A stretch of DNA of 64,000 nt from Candidatus Latescibacterota bacterium (lineage in GTDB: Bacteria; Latescibacterota; UBA2968), in assembly GCA_965205975.1 (NCBI GenBank), contig OZ242195.1, positions 1,088,001 through 1,152,000 of the forward strand. Direction: 5' to 3'. The stretch's first letter is position 1; every line of letters begins with the position of its first letter. The notes beneath the pieces were generated by a model. It searched no databases, was not told the origin of the DNA, and saw only the letters and a list, made by a program, of their open reading frames with translations. The position numbers and the translations under genes were made by a program. Below are positions 10,250 to 20,828 of the stretch, piece by piece.

Positions 10250-10412
10250 GTGCAATTTTTGACATCATTTTGTTCTGAGCCTCGTACGAGTTGGGGCTTG
10301 GAAATGTTGAGCCGAATTGCTAATATAGAGATTAAAAAATTAAATTGCCCCACCATTGCGCTTCGCGCACTTCTCAGGAGAGCAGATATCTCAATAAAAT
10401 TAAGGATCTGAT

Positions 10413-12143
10413 ATGCACAATATTCTGAAGTTGATGGGTTATATGCGGCCCTATTGGAAGCAGGCGACTATCGGCCCGTTGATGAAATTGATCGAGGTGA
10501 TGCTGGAATTGATGCAACCCTGGTTGGTGCAGCGGATTGTAGATGAGGGGATTGCCAGGGGAGATCTGGATCTGGTGATTGAGACCGGTCTGTGGATGCT
10601 CGGTCTGGCTATTGGGGGCGTTTTATTTGGTATCGGCAATGCCTGGTTTGGCGTGTGGGTGGCGCAGCGGGTGGAGACCGATGTGCGAAGTGCGCTTTTT
10701 GGCAAAATTCAGTCGCTTTCGTTTGGCAATCTGGATAAGCTGTCAACGGGGCATCTAATTACGCGGCTGACCAACGATGTGCGGCAAGTGGGAGAAGTGG
10801 CACGTTTGTTATTACGCATTCTGTCGCGTATGCCCATGTCGATGGTGGGCGGTCTCGTGATGGCGATTATAACCAGTCCTCGCCTGGGATTGATCTTTAT
10901 TGGACTGGTGCCCGTGGTTTTGGGGACTCTGATTCTGGTGTTTCGAAAAGCCAATGCGATGTTTGCTGAAGTGCAGAATCGCCTGGATCGGGTGAATCAG
11001 GTGACGCAGGAAAATCTGGCAGGCGTGCGCGTGGTGAAGGCTTTTTTGAGGGCAAATCACGAGATCGAACGGTTTGGAACGGCCAATAACAGGTTGATGG
11101 AACAGACGATTCGGGTGACGCAACTGGTGGCATTGGTGATGCCAGTTATGATGCTGATACTGAACCTGGGTGTGGTGGGAGTGATCTGGTTCGGGGGGAT
11201 TGCAGTGACCCAGGGAGGGATGAAGCTGGGCGAGATTATTGCGTTTATCAATTATCTGTTGCTTTTCTTGCAATCCCTGATGATAGGCAGTATGGTGCTT
11301 ATTCGGATGTCCCGAGCAGAGGCTTCTGCCGAGCGCATTATTGAGGTGCTGAATAGCGAGCCAGAGGTGCATGATCGGGCGGATGCAAAGCGCGATGTGG
11401 TGTTGAAGGGGCAGGTCGCGTTTGAAAATGTGACGTTTAGTTATAATGAGACGGCGGATGATCCGGTATTGCGGAATCTGAATTTTGTCGCCGAGCCGGG
11501 GCAAAAGGTGGCGATTTTGGGTTCGACAGGGGCGGGCAAATCGTCGTTGGTGAATCTTATCCCGCGGTTTTACGATGTGGATGCTGGGCGGGTGATGGTG
11601 GATGGGATGGATGTGCGGGATATGGGACAGGAGGCACTGCGACAGCAAATTGGAATGGCGCTCCAGGAGTCGGTCCTTTTTTCCGGTACTATTCGGCACA
11701 ATATTCGGTACGGGCGGCCCGATGCGACCGATGAAGAGGTCGAGGCTGCTGCCAGGGCAGCTATGGCGCACGATTTTATTGTCCAGTTTCCAGATAAGTA
11801 CGAGACGCTATTGGGCCAGCGCGGCGTGAATTTGTCGGGGGGACAGAGGCAGCGGATCGCGATAGCCCGGGCGTTGATCTCCCGCCCGAAGGTGTTGATT
11901 TTAGACGATAGTACCAGTGCGGTAGATCTGGAGACAGAGGCAAGGATTCACGATGCGCTTGAAGAGATGGTCGGGTGTACGAGTTTTCTGGTAGCGCAGC
12001 GCATCAGTACGGTGTTGCAGGCAGACAAGATTCTGGTGTTGGACGATGGGGTGCTGGTTGCCGAGGGTACGCATCAGGAGTTGATGGCGTCCAGTTCAGT
12101 ATATCAGGAGATTTACGATTCACAACTCGGAGAGGGAAACTGA
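10413..12143 (+). CDS. ABC exporter half-transporter (TMD+NBD), degenerate-site subunit
   Basis: GSTGAGKS and LSGGQ; Walker B is LILDD and the switch residue is Q (VAQR). Confidence 0.95.
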   Translation: MHNILKLMGYMRPYWKQATIGPLMKLIEVMLELMQPWLVQRIVDEGIARGDLDLVIETGLWMLGLAIGGVLFGIGNAWFGVWVAQRVETDVRSALFGKIQSLSFGNLDKLSTGHLITRLTNDVRQVGEVARLLLRILSRMPMSMVGGLVMAIITSPRLGLIFIGLVPVVLGTLILVFRKANAMFAEVQNRLDRVNQVTQENLAGVRVVKAFLRANHEIERFGTANNRLMEQTIRVTQLVALVMPVMMLILNLGVVGVIWFGGIAVTQGGMKLGEIIAFINYLLLFLQSLMIGSMVLIRMSRAEASAERIIEVLNSEPEVHDRADAKRDVVLKGQVAFENVTFSYNETADDPVLRNLNFVAEPGQKVAILGSTGAGKSSLVNLIPRFYDVDAGRVMVDGMDVRDMGQEALRQQIGMALQESVLFSGTIRHNIRYGRPDATDEEVEAAARAAMAHDFIVQFPDKYETLLGQRGVNLSGGQRQRIAIARALISRPKVLILDDSTSAVDLETEARIHDALEEMVGCTSFLVAQRISTVLQADKILVLDDGVLVAEGTHQELMASSSVYQEIYDSQLGEGN

Positions 12144-12144
12144 T

Positions 12145-13992
12145 ATGGCGGAAGTTGATCGACAGCGTGACGGTGAACCGCGAGAACCTGGCGGAATGAT
12201 GGGGGGGCGCCGTCGAATGATGATGATGGGAGACGATGAGCGGGCGCGGGATTTTCGGGGGACTGCCCGCCGTTTGATGGGGTATATGAGGCGCTACAGG
12301 GGGACATTGGTCGGGGTGGTGGGGCTGGTGGTGGTCTCAACGGGGTTAGAGGTGGCAGGGCCGTATTTGATGGGGCGTGCGATTGATGAATATATTGTCG
12401 ATAACGACTTGCCTGGTCTTTTTCAAATTGCCCTGTTGATGGCGGGGGTGTATGTGGCCCTGGCACTGACGACCTGGCTTCAGTCTTTTGTGATGGCGCG
12501 AGTATCTCAAAATGCTGTGAGGGATTTGCGTCAGGATATTTTTAACCGCTTGCAGGTGCTTCCGCTGCGGTTTTTTGATCGGCGTGCCAGTGGCGATCTC
12601 ATGAGCCGGGTGACGAATGATGTGGATAATATCAGCAGTGTGTTGTCGGAGAGCGTGACGCAGTTGATTAACAGCGTGTTGACTCTGGTGGGCGTGTCGG
12701 CCATGATGTTGTGGATGGATTGGCCGTTGGCGTTGATTAGCTTGCTTACCTTTCCACTGATGGCGTCTTTGACAGGGCAGGTCGCCAAACGCGCGCGGCG
12801 GGGATTTCGCGAGCAGCAGGCGGCACTGGGTGCGCTCAATGGGATGATTGAAGAGACGATTGCGGCAGAACAGGTGGTGAAAGCTTATGGACGCGAGCAG
12901 GCGTCGATTGAGGCATTTGAAAAGTTCAATAACAGGTTGAAGTATGCCGGTACGCGCGCGCAGTTTTTCGGGACACTGATGCCGCCTTTGACCTTTTTTG
13001 TGAACAATATGGGCCTGGTGATTGTGGCTTTTGCTGGTGGCTATATGGCTGTTCAGGGCGATGTGACAATCGGTGTGATTGCCGCTTTTATCAGCTATGT
13101 GCGGCAGTTTGGACGACCTTTGGGCCAGGTTGCCAATTTGTACAATTCGATACAGTCGGCACTGGCCGGAGCAGAGCGGGTTTTTGAGACTATTGACGAG
13201 TTTCCCGAAGTGCCTGACATGCCAGATTCGGTCGCGTTAGAACGGGTTCGGGGCGATGTGATTTTCGATCGGGTGTGTTTTGGTTATGAAAAAGATGTGC
13301 CAGTGCTCAAAGAGGTGAGTTTGCAGGCCAGACCGGGAGAGAAGATTGCGCTGGTAGGACCGACGGGAGCGGGCAAGACGACCATTGTGAATTTGCTGAC
13401 CCGGTTCTACGATATCGATAGTGGGGCGATCTATATCGACGGCCATGATATTCGGCAGGTGAAACGGAATGCTCTGCGCCAGCAACTGGGCATTGTGTTG
13501 CAGGATACTTTTTTGTTGTCTGATACTGTGCGGGAAAATATCCGTTATGGACGGTTAGATGCTTTGGATGAGGAGGTGGTTGATGCGGCCAAATTGGCCA
13601 ATGCAGATCCCTTTATTCACCGGTTGCCCCAGGGATATGATACGGTGCTTTCGGAACGCGGCGGCAATTTGAGCCAGGGACAGCGGCAGATGCTGGCTAT
13701 TGCGAGAGCCGCGCTGGCCGATCCGTCGATTCTCATTTTAGATGAGGCGACTTCCAGCGTGGATACGCGGACGGAAATGCGGATTCAACAGGCGCTTTTA
13801 AGGCTGATGGAGGGGCGCACGAGCTTTATTATTGCCCACCGATTGAGCACGATTCGCAATGTGGATGAAATTCTGGTCATTGACGACGGGCAGATTATTG
13901 AACGCGGGTCGCATCGGGCGTTGTTGGATGCTGAGGGATTTTATTACAATTTGTATATGAGCCAGTTCAAGGGAGAGGTCACTTTTGTTTAA
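12145..13992 (+). CDS. ABC exporter half-transporter, consensus-site subunit (TM287/288-type heterodimer)
   Basis: GPTGAGKT, LSQGQ, LILDEAT and IAHRLS motifs. Confidence 0.95.
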   Translation: MAEVDRQRDGEPREPGGMMGGRRRMMMMGDDERARDFRGTARRLMGYMRRYRGTLVGVVGLVVVSTGLEVAGPYLMGRAIDEYIVDNDLPGLFQIALLMAGVYVALALTTWLQSFVMARVSQNAVRDLRQDIFNRLQVLPLRFFDRRASGDLMSRVTNDVDNISSVLSESVTQLINSVLTLVGVSAMMLWMDWPLALISLLTFPLMASLTGQVAKRARRGFREQQAALGALNGMIEETIAAEQVVKAYGREQASIEAFEKFNNRLKYAGTRAQFFGTLMPPLTFFVNNMGLVIVAFAGGYMAVQGDVTIGVIAAFISYVRQFGRPLGQVANLYNSIQSALAGAERVFETIDEFPEVPDMPDSVALERVRGDVIFDRVCFGYEKDVPVLKEVSLQARPGEKIALVGPTGAGKTTIVNLLTRFYDIDSGAIYIDGHDIRQVKRNALRQQLGIVLQDTFLLSDTVRENIRYGRLDALDEEVVDAAKLANADPFIHRLPQGYDTVLSERGGNLSQGQRQMLAIARAALADPSILILDEATSSVDTRTEMRIQQALLRLMEGRTSFIIAHRLSTIRNVDEILVIDDGQIIERGSHRALLDAEGFYYNLYMSQFKGEVTFV

Positions 13993-14004
13993 AGGAGAGG
14001 AAAA

Positions 14005-14736
14005 ATGTCCTATCGACTAACACCAGAAGATGTGCGGTTCTTTCACGACGAGGGGTATCTCGGGCCATATACGATGCATTCGCCAGAAGAAATGGATCGT
14101 ATTCGGCCTGTTGTTGAGCGTGAAATTTTTGAAGCCGAAGGCCCGTTTCACGTCAATCGGAAAAAATCGCGGCATCTCGATAGTCGAACGATCTACGATC
14201 TGTGTACACATCCGACCATTATGGATCGGATAGAAGGCATTCTCGGTCCGGATATCGTGCTCTGGCAATCCAACTTTTTTAACAAACCCCCCGGTGCCAA
14301 AGAAATTCCCTGGCATCAGGATATGAATTTCTGGTCCACCGAAATAGAACCGGGGATTAATGTTTCTGCCTGGTTAGCCATTGACGATACAGATGTCACC
14401 AACAGTTGTGTTCAACTCATGCCGGGGTCACACCGAAAAATGATTCCGCACATTAAAGCAACACCTGAACAGGCTTTTCGCGAACAGGGCGACCCCGATC
14501 ACATCGGTGTTGACCCGGATCGCGTTGTGAAGATGAAAATGAAAGCCGGGCAATTTTTCCTATTCACCGAGCGCATGCTCCACTACTCAGCAGCCAATAC
14601 GTCTGATCGCCGACGTCTGGGATTGGCCATACGCATTACCATTCCGATTGTGCGCTGTTACAAAAGGTATCACCTTCATCTGGTGCGCGGTGAGGATCGG
14701 ATGGGATTTAATGTGTATGGAGATGCACCTGAATGA
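14005..14736 (+). CDS. PhyH family dioxygenase
   Basis: PWHQD, SAWLAID, PGSH and LHYS..N motifs. Confidence 0.92.
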   Translation: MSYRLTPEDVRFFHDEGYLGPYTMHSPEEMDRIRPVVEREIFEAEGPFHVNRKKSRHLDSRTIYDLCTHPTIMDRIEGILGPDIVLWQSNFFNKPPGAKEIPWHQDMNFWSTEIEPGINVSAWLAIDDTDVTNSCVQLMPGSHRKMIPHIKATPEQAFREQGDPDHIGVDPDRVVKMKMKAGQFFLFTERMLHYSAANTSDRRRLGLAIRITIPIVRCYKRYHLHLVRGEDRMGFNVYGDAPE

Positions 14737-14777
14737 TCGGGATTACTAAACGACAATATCGAAAACGGTGAAAACTT

Positions 14778-15785
14778 ATGAAAAAAGCCATACTCCACGG
14801 TCCGCGAGACCTTCGCATTGAAGAGCATCCGCTTGATACGAGCGCGCTTGGCGCTGATGAGGTCTGGGTTGAAACGCAGATTAGCGCGTTTAAGATCGGA
14901 ACAGATCGGGGCAATTTTGAAGGTGCTGATCGCGTACCGGGGGCGCCGGATTATCCGCGATTTGTTGGCGATAGCAATCTGGGTATTGTTCGCGGTATTG
15001 GTGCCGAGGTCACGCGTTTTGAGGTCGGTGATCGCGTTGTGGCGACTCAGCCTCACCAATCTGAATACATCATAAACCAGTTTGGTGACATCTTCAAAAT
15101 ACCCCCTGATGCCGATGATGAAGATGGTGTGTATGCACACCTCTATGCACTCAGCGCACATTGTTATCACAAAGCATTATTTAGACCCGGGGAAAATGTC
15201 GCCGTTGTTGGCCTGGGTGTTCTCGGTCTGGGAGCAGTCGCTTTGGGTCCTTTGTTTGGTGCCCGCGTCGTTGGGCTTGGCAATAGTTCCATCAGGTTAG
15301 ATATGGCAAAGCGCATGGGTGCTCACGCGGCTTATTTATCAGATGATCCAGATATTGAAGAGAAACTCGACGCTTTTACAAGCGGAAGAGGCATTGATCT
15401 GGTTATTCTTACGGCGAATCCCTGGCCGGCTTTCAGAACATCTGTTGAAATTGTGCGGCCAAATGGTCGGGTCTCTATTGTCAGCCTTATGGGACGGGGT
15501 GAACCACCGCTCGATTTTAACCCTCTGGCAATGGAATGGTTTTACGCCAAGGGGATATCTCTGATTGCCGTGCATGGAGAAGATGCCCAATTATATCCGC
15601 ATGCCGATGCTTCGGGCCATTTGGGTCATTGCGATCACGTTCTTTCTCTTATGGCAGAAAAAAAACTTCAGCCCAGCCGTCTAATTACGCACCGTTTGCA
15701 TTATACGGAAATGGTTCAGGCTTATGAAATGGCATACACGCGTGAAAAATCTATGCTGGGTGTCATTTTTAATTGGCGGGAATAG
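14778..15785 (+). CDS. MDR/Zn-ADH-like dehydrogenase
   Basis: GroES-like N-terminus, VGLGVLG and LITHR. Confidence 0.85.
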   Translation: MKKAILHGPRDLRIEEHPLDTSALGADEVWVETQISAFKIGTDRGNFEGADRVPGAPDYPRFVGDSNLGIVRGIGAEVTRFEVGDRVVATQPHQSEYIINQFGDIFKIPPDADDEDGVYAHLYALSAHCYHKALFRPGENVAVVGLGVLGLGAVALGPLFGARVVGLGNSSIRLDMAKRMGAHAAYLSDDPDIEEKLDAFTSGRGIDLVILTANPWPAFRTSVEIVRPNGRVSIVSLMGRGEPPLDFNPLAMEWFYAKGISLIAVHGEDAQLYPHADASGHLGHCDHVLSLMAEKKLQPSRLITHRLHYTEMVQAYEMAYTREKSMLGVIFNWRE

Positions 15786-15788
15786 GCT

Positions 15789-17120
15789 ATGTCACACGAT
15801 GTCACAAAATCGTTAGAGTTGTATAAAAAAGCGGGAGAACGCATTCCGGGGTGGACACAGCTCATCAGCCGAAGAGCTGACCGGGTTGCAAATGGCGTTA
15901 GTCCTCTCTATGTCGCGCGATCAAAAGGCGCGCGATTTGTAGATGTTGATGGCAACGAGTATATCGATTGGATCCGCGCTTTGGGCGCTATTATTCTGGG
16001 CTATGCAGATCCCGTTGTCGATGGTGCTGTTAAAAAGCAGATTGATCTGGGTAGCCTGCATTCCATGAATAGCGCGCTCGAAATTGAGCTGGCAGATGAG
16101 TTAATCAATACCATACCGAGTGCTGAAATGGTGCGCTATACAAAGGGAGGAGGGGAAGCCTGTGCTGTGGCTGCTCGCATTACTCGGGGCGCGACAAATC
16201 GGGACATTATTCTTTTTTGCGGTTATCACGGATGGCACGATTGGTATCAATCGGCAAATTATCTCGTTGATCCCGAGAGCGGAGAGTATCCCTTTGCCGG
16301 TATTGAGCCAATTGGTGTGCCGCGTGCGCTGGCGGGAACGGCGATTCCATTTACCTATGGTGATCTCGACATGCTCGGGCGTTTGCTGACCGAATATCAG
16401 GGCGAGGTTGCCGCAGTTATGATGGAGCCGGCTCGATCCGAGTGGCCCGAAGATGGGTACCTCGAAGGAGTCAAAGAACTCGCCCGCAGGCATGGCGCTT
16501 TGCTCATATTCGACGAAGTCTCCTGTGGTTGGCGTGAGTCTCTGGGTGGTATGCAGAAATATTTGGGTGTTACGCCAGATATCACGGTGATTGCCAAAGG
16601 CATGTCCAATGGGTATCCGATGGGGGCTGTTGTTGGATCGTGCGAGGCGATGGAACCCGCCAAGGCGATGTTTATTTCCAGTTCGTATTGGAGCGATAAT
16701 ATCGGGCCTATTGCGTCGCTGACCACCATCCGAGAACTCAAAAGGCGAGATAGCGAGACACATCTGGCCGAAATGGGCCAAAAAGTGGCCGGGGCAATTG
16801 ACGAAGCGGTCTTATCTGCTGGCCTTTCGGGATCGTGTAAGGGATTTCCCGCAACGCCCAATCTGGTGCTCGATTTGCCCGATGAGGCATTGAGCGGCAA
16901 GGTTCAGACGCTTTTTATTCAGGAGATGGCTCGCCGGGGGGTGCATTGTTACATGGGTTTTGGGCCTACGCTTGCACATACCGAAGAGGATGTGCGTATT
17001 ACTGCTGACGCGGTTGAAGCCTCTTTGCGCGTCGTAAAGCAGGGGCTTGAAAATGATTCTATCGACGATCTGCTCATTTGCGATCTGCACTCGGAACCCT
17101 TCCGCCGGATTGTTCGATAA
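15789..17120 (+). CDS. Class III PLP aminotransferase (GSA aminomutase-like)
   Basis: DVDGNEYID, GYHGW, IFDEV and AKGMSNG motifs. Confidence 0.92.
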   Translation: MSHDVTKSLELYKKAGERIPGWTQLISRRADRVANGVSPLYVARSKGARFVDVDGNEYIDWIRALGAIILGYADPVVDGAVKKQIDLGSLHSMNSALEIELADELINTIPSAEMVRYTKGGGEACAVAARITRGATNRDIILFCGYHGWHDWYQSANYLVDPESGEYPFAGIEPIGVPRALAGTAIPFTYGDLDMLGRLLTEYQGEVAAVMMEPARSEWPEDGYLEGVKELARRHGALLIFDEVSCGWRESLGGMQKYLGVTPDITVIAKGMSNGYPMGAVVGSCEAMEPAKAMFISSSYWSDNIGPIASLTTIRELKRRDSETHLAEMGQKVAGAIDEAVLSAGLSGSCKGFPATPNLVLDLPDEALSGKVQTLFIQEMARRGVHCYMGFGPTLAHTEEDVRITADAVEASLRVVKQGLENDSIDDLLICDLHSEPFRRIVR

Positions 17121-17131
17121 AGGAGAAAAAA

Positions 17132-19429
17132 ATGGCATTGACAATTGACGAAAAGCCCGCACAGCCGGGGGAATGGGGATTTAGACCGGAAAATGTGACG
17201 ACAGAGGAGACACCACCGGCATTTGTGTGGCGCCCGCAGGAGAATGCTGAGAGCTATGATATCCAGTGTGCGCGGGGCGCGGATTTTTCAAAGGTCGCGT
17301 ACGAGGCACGGAGATTGAACTATACGGTTCACCGCCCGGCAGAGGTGTTTGAATCGGGACAGTGGTATTGGCGGTTCCGATTTGTCGATGGGTGTGGACA
17401 GGTGTCGGATTGGAGTTCGGGGCGCGCTTTTGTGATTGCCCAGAATGCAAAAGCATTGCCATTGCCCAAACGCAGTGAATTGATTGGGCGCATCCCCAAG
17501 AGCCATCCGCGCCTGTTTGTGCGCCCAGAGGACCTGGATGGCTTGCGCGCACGAGCGCGAGGAGATCTGAAACCGATTTACGACGATCTGGTCGCAACGT
17601 GCGAAGATATCCTGGCCGATATGCCATCTACCGAAGAACCACCCCTGTATCCCGAGGGGACTGTTGTTCTGAGTGAGGAATGGCGGGGGATCTGGTGGGG
17701 AAACCGGATGTACACGATTCGCGTGTTAAACAGCGCGGCCACGCTGGCTTTTACGCGGCTTTTGGGTGGGCAAGATCACTATGGCGAGAAGGCTAAAGAA
17801 CTGCTGCTGGCGTGTGCCAAATGGGATCCCCTGGGGGCGACCGGGTATCGGTATAATGACGAAGCGGGTATGCCGTATAATTACTATTTTTGCCGCACCT
17901 ATACGTTTGTGAACGATTTGTTGAGCGAAGAAGAGCGCGATATATGCCGGGCGGTGATGAAGGTGCAGGGGCAGGAGATGTACGACCATCTGGCGACTGA
18001 GATGCGCTATTTGTGGCACCCTTATGGGAGTCATGCTGGTCGTGCCTGGCATTTTTTGGGTGAGATTGGTGTGGCATTTTTGGATGAGATTCCCGAAGCG
18101 GAGGAGTGGGTGTGGTTCGCGATGAATGTGTTTGGTGCGGTGTATCCCGCGTGGTGCGATGAAGATGGCGGCTGGCACCAGGGATTGCAATACTGGGAGA
18201 GTTATGTTCAGCGCTTTACGTGGTGGGCAGATATCATGCAGGCGGCAATGGGGATTGATGCGTATTGCAAACCGTATTTTGCACGCGCTGGCGATTATCC
18301 GATGTATTTTCAGCCTCCAGGTACGCGCGGGGGTGGCGTGGGCGATTTGACGACGACGAGAACATCGGATCAGAATTGCGATTTGATGCACACTCTGGCG
18401 GCTCAGGCGCGCAATCCATATTGGAAGTGGTATGTGGATATGCACCCGCAGAAAGAGAAAGAGGGTACGAGAGCGCGCAGGTTGGATGCCGTGGGTGCCG
18501 GGCGGTCGCTCTATATTGATTTTGTGCGGGGGGCATTGCCAGAAGTGCGCGGGGAAGCGCCGGTGGATTTGCCTGCTTCAAAATGTTTTCGCGGTACGGG
18601 GTTGGTGGCGATGAATTCGGATTTGACGGATGGGAAAAACAATGTGTCGGTCATTTTTAAGAGCAGTCCATTGGGGTCACAGAGTCACGGTTTTGACGCG
18701 CAAAATTCATTTTCGCTATTTGCTTTTGGCGAGCGGTTGTTGATTCACACGGGCCAGCGCGATATTCACGGCAGCGACCACCACAAGAATTGGATGCACC
18801 ATACAAGATCAACCAATTGCATTGGGGTAAATGGCGAGAGTCAGTTGTGCAATCACGCGGCGGCAACGGGTGAAATTCTGGATTTTCAAACGTCGGATGT
18901 ATGTGATTATGTGGCTGGCGAAGCCGCCCCGGCTTATGGGGGGAAGCTGAAAAAATTTACGCGGCAGATTTTGTTTGCCAAACCCGATGCGGTGGTGATT
19001 TACGATACGGTGGTGGCACCTGAGGCTTCGATATTTCAGTATTATTTGCACGCTGAAACGGAGATGGCTATCGAGGGTCAGACACTAAAAATTACAACGG
19101 GTGATGCGGGCTGTGTGGTGTCTCTGCTGCGTCCTGAAAACTTGAAAATCAGTCAGACAGATCAATTTGATCCACCGCCGAGAGAACGCGTTCAACTCAG
19201 AGAGTATCACGTGACGGCAGAGACACCGATACCGCAGGAAGAGACCACATTTATTGCGGTATTGCGACCGCACAGGACGGGGGCTGTGCCCAAAGGTGAT
19301 CCCGTTTTGATGGATGATGGAACGCTAATGGTACCATTGCCCGATGGCGAGTTGAAGGTTTGGGTGGGCGAGACATTGCGCGCTGAGAAAAGGGATCAAA
19401 AAGGTGTTGTGGTGGCAACTTTGCCTTGA
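17132..19429 (+). CDS. DUF4962/heparinase II/III-like polysaccharide lyase
   Basis: PKSHPRLF, DGGWHQG..YW, SHG...QNSF and HTRSTNCI motifs; SD AAGGAG before ATG 17132. Confidence 0.82.
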   Translation: MALTIDEKPAQPGEWGFRPENVTTEETPPAFVWRPQENAESYDIQCARGADFSKVAYEARRLNYTVHRPAEVFESGQWYWRFRFVDGCGQVSDWSSGRAFVIAQNAKALPLPKRSELIGRIPKSHPRLFVRPEDLDGLRARARGDLKPIYDDLVATCEDILADMPSTEEPPLYPEGTVVLSEEWRGIWWGNRMYTIRVLNSAATLAFTRLLGGQDHYGEKAKELLLACAKWDPLGATGYRYNDEAGMPYNYYFCRTYTFVNDLLSEEERDICRAVMKVQGQEMYDHLATEMRYLWHPYGSHAGRAWHFLGEIGVAFLDEIPEAEEWVWFAMNVFGAVYPAWCDEDGGWHQGLQYWESYVQRFTWWADIMQAAMGIDAYCKPYFARAGDYPMYFQPPGTRGGGVGDLTTTRTSDQNCDLMHTLAAQARNPYWKWYVDMHPQKEKEGTRARRLDAVGAGRSLYIDFVRGALPEVRGEAPVDLPASKCFRGTGLVAMNSDLTDGKNNVSVIFKSSPLGSQSHGFDAQNSFSLFAFGERLLIHTGQRDIHGSDHHKNWMHHTRSTNCIGVNGESQLCNHAAATGEILDFQTSDVCDYVAGEAAPAYGGKLKKFTRQILFAKPDAVVIYDTVVAPEASIFQYYLHAETEMAIEGQTLKITTGDAGCVVSLLRPENLKISQTDQFDPPPRERVQLREYHVTAETPIPQEETTFIAVLRPHRTGAVPKGDPVLMDDGTLMVPLPDGELKVWVGETLRAEKRDQKGVVVATLP

Positions 19430-19464
19430 GGTGAATCCTTGAACACTGTTAATGGAGGTGTGGC

Positions 19465-20745
19465 ATGATGCTCAAAGAGATGACAAATTCCGCTTCGGCG
19501 TTGACGGACGAGACATTTGAGGCGTTGTTCGAAGCCTGCCGGCCCCAAAAGGAAGGGTGGACAGATATTCCCTGGATCGGAGAACTCTGGAAGGGGCGAC
19601 AGAAGGCGGCGCGCGAGGAGAAACCACTGTTCATCTGGGCGATGAATGGTCATCCTCTGGGGTGTACGTGAAATAACGGGGTTACGGGCCGTGCGCTCGT
19701 TTTTTCAGATCCGCGCGTGATTGAGTTTTTGAATGAACGGTTTATCCCTGTGGCTGTGAACAATACCCGATTGCAGCGACAGGCCGATGATGAGGGTCGG
19801 TTTTTGCGCCTGATCTCCTGGCAAGGGCGGTACGGGTATTCTTTTGAGGAAGCACGGGCCAGATTGGAGGATATCGATCACGGGCTGAATCATCAGGGTT
19901 TATATGCAGTGACAACAGAGGGGGAAGTGTTGGGTAGTCGCAACAGGCTATTTCCGGGTGGCAAGCTTCCTGTACATGGTGTTGGTAGCGATCCAGACCA
20001 ATTTTTGTGGATGTTGAGACGGGCGCTGGAGAACTGGGAGAACCGCAAGACCCAGCGCGAGACATTGGAAATCGAAGATTTGGCGTACCGGGATCCCACA
20101 TTTAGCTGGATGGGGTATCCTGAAGAGGGATTGGTTTTACATCTGGGCGTTCGGGACCTGCCCCGGGAGGTGGATACGCGGCCTTCGGGAATGAAGCGAG
20201 AGGCGCACAATCAGGATTACGTCTGGTTTCGACGGGAAGAGGTGCTGTCTATGATTCCACTGGATGCAGTTGCGGGCGATGTTATTCCCGTGCCCGATGG
20301 GCTGGTCAGACGGCTGGTGCGTTATCATCTGGCGGATTATGTCCGAGGGGAAACGTCTTCGTGGCCATCCGAGGCGATCCGAGATGCGTCTATGACGTTG
20401 ACGGTGACTGAGGAGACACCGGAATGGGTTAATTTAAGGCTTTCCGGATCCGCGCAGTTGCTCTCGGAGGGGAGTTGGTACGAGGGCGTGTGCCAGGAGC
20501 GAGGGCTGGATGCATCGCTGTTGGGTTATCTCCGTTTTGATCGACGGACGGAACAGTTCGTGAGATTCGATGTTGTGGCGGTGGGATCGAGATGGGGTGG
20601 CACGGACTACAACGTACGGCAGGATGATCTGGAGCCTGCACCTATCGGGATTGCGATGACGATTGCTGGGAGGGAGGCGAGGGATCGCACAGCTCCGCAT
20701 GCGTGCCAGAGTCGAGGTGGTCTGGAAAGGTATTTTAATGCGTGA
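19465..20745 (+). CDS. Probable selenoprotein with a thioredoxin-like N-domain (C-T-U); TGA 19669-19671 read through
   Basis: ORFs 19465-19671 and 19717-20745 are in the same frame, separated only by TGA in GHPLGCT*NNG. A hairpin follows the TGA. Confidence 0.75.
19675..19701 (+). promoter_or_regulatory. Candidate bacterial SECIS hairpin
   Basis: Outer stem AACGGG/CTCGTT and inner TACG-GGC-CGTG with a G-containing apical loop, just 3' of the UGA. Confidence 0.5.
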
Positions 20746-20771
20746 TTTGATAGTTGGGATGTGTTTTATTT

Positions 20772-20800
20772 AAAAAAACTCGGCTCTTGCCGAGTTTTTT
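20772..20800. terminator. Intrinsic terminator, possibly bidirectional
   Basis: AAAAAACTCGGC-TCTT-GCCGAGTTTTTT. Confidence 0.85.
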
Positions 20801-20828
20801 GTTTTTTCTCCACGATTTTTTATCTGAG

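Noticed and set aside
14005..14736. SyrB2-like halogenase
   Set aside because: It retains HQD, the hydroxylase-type ligand set.
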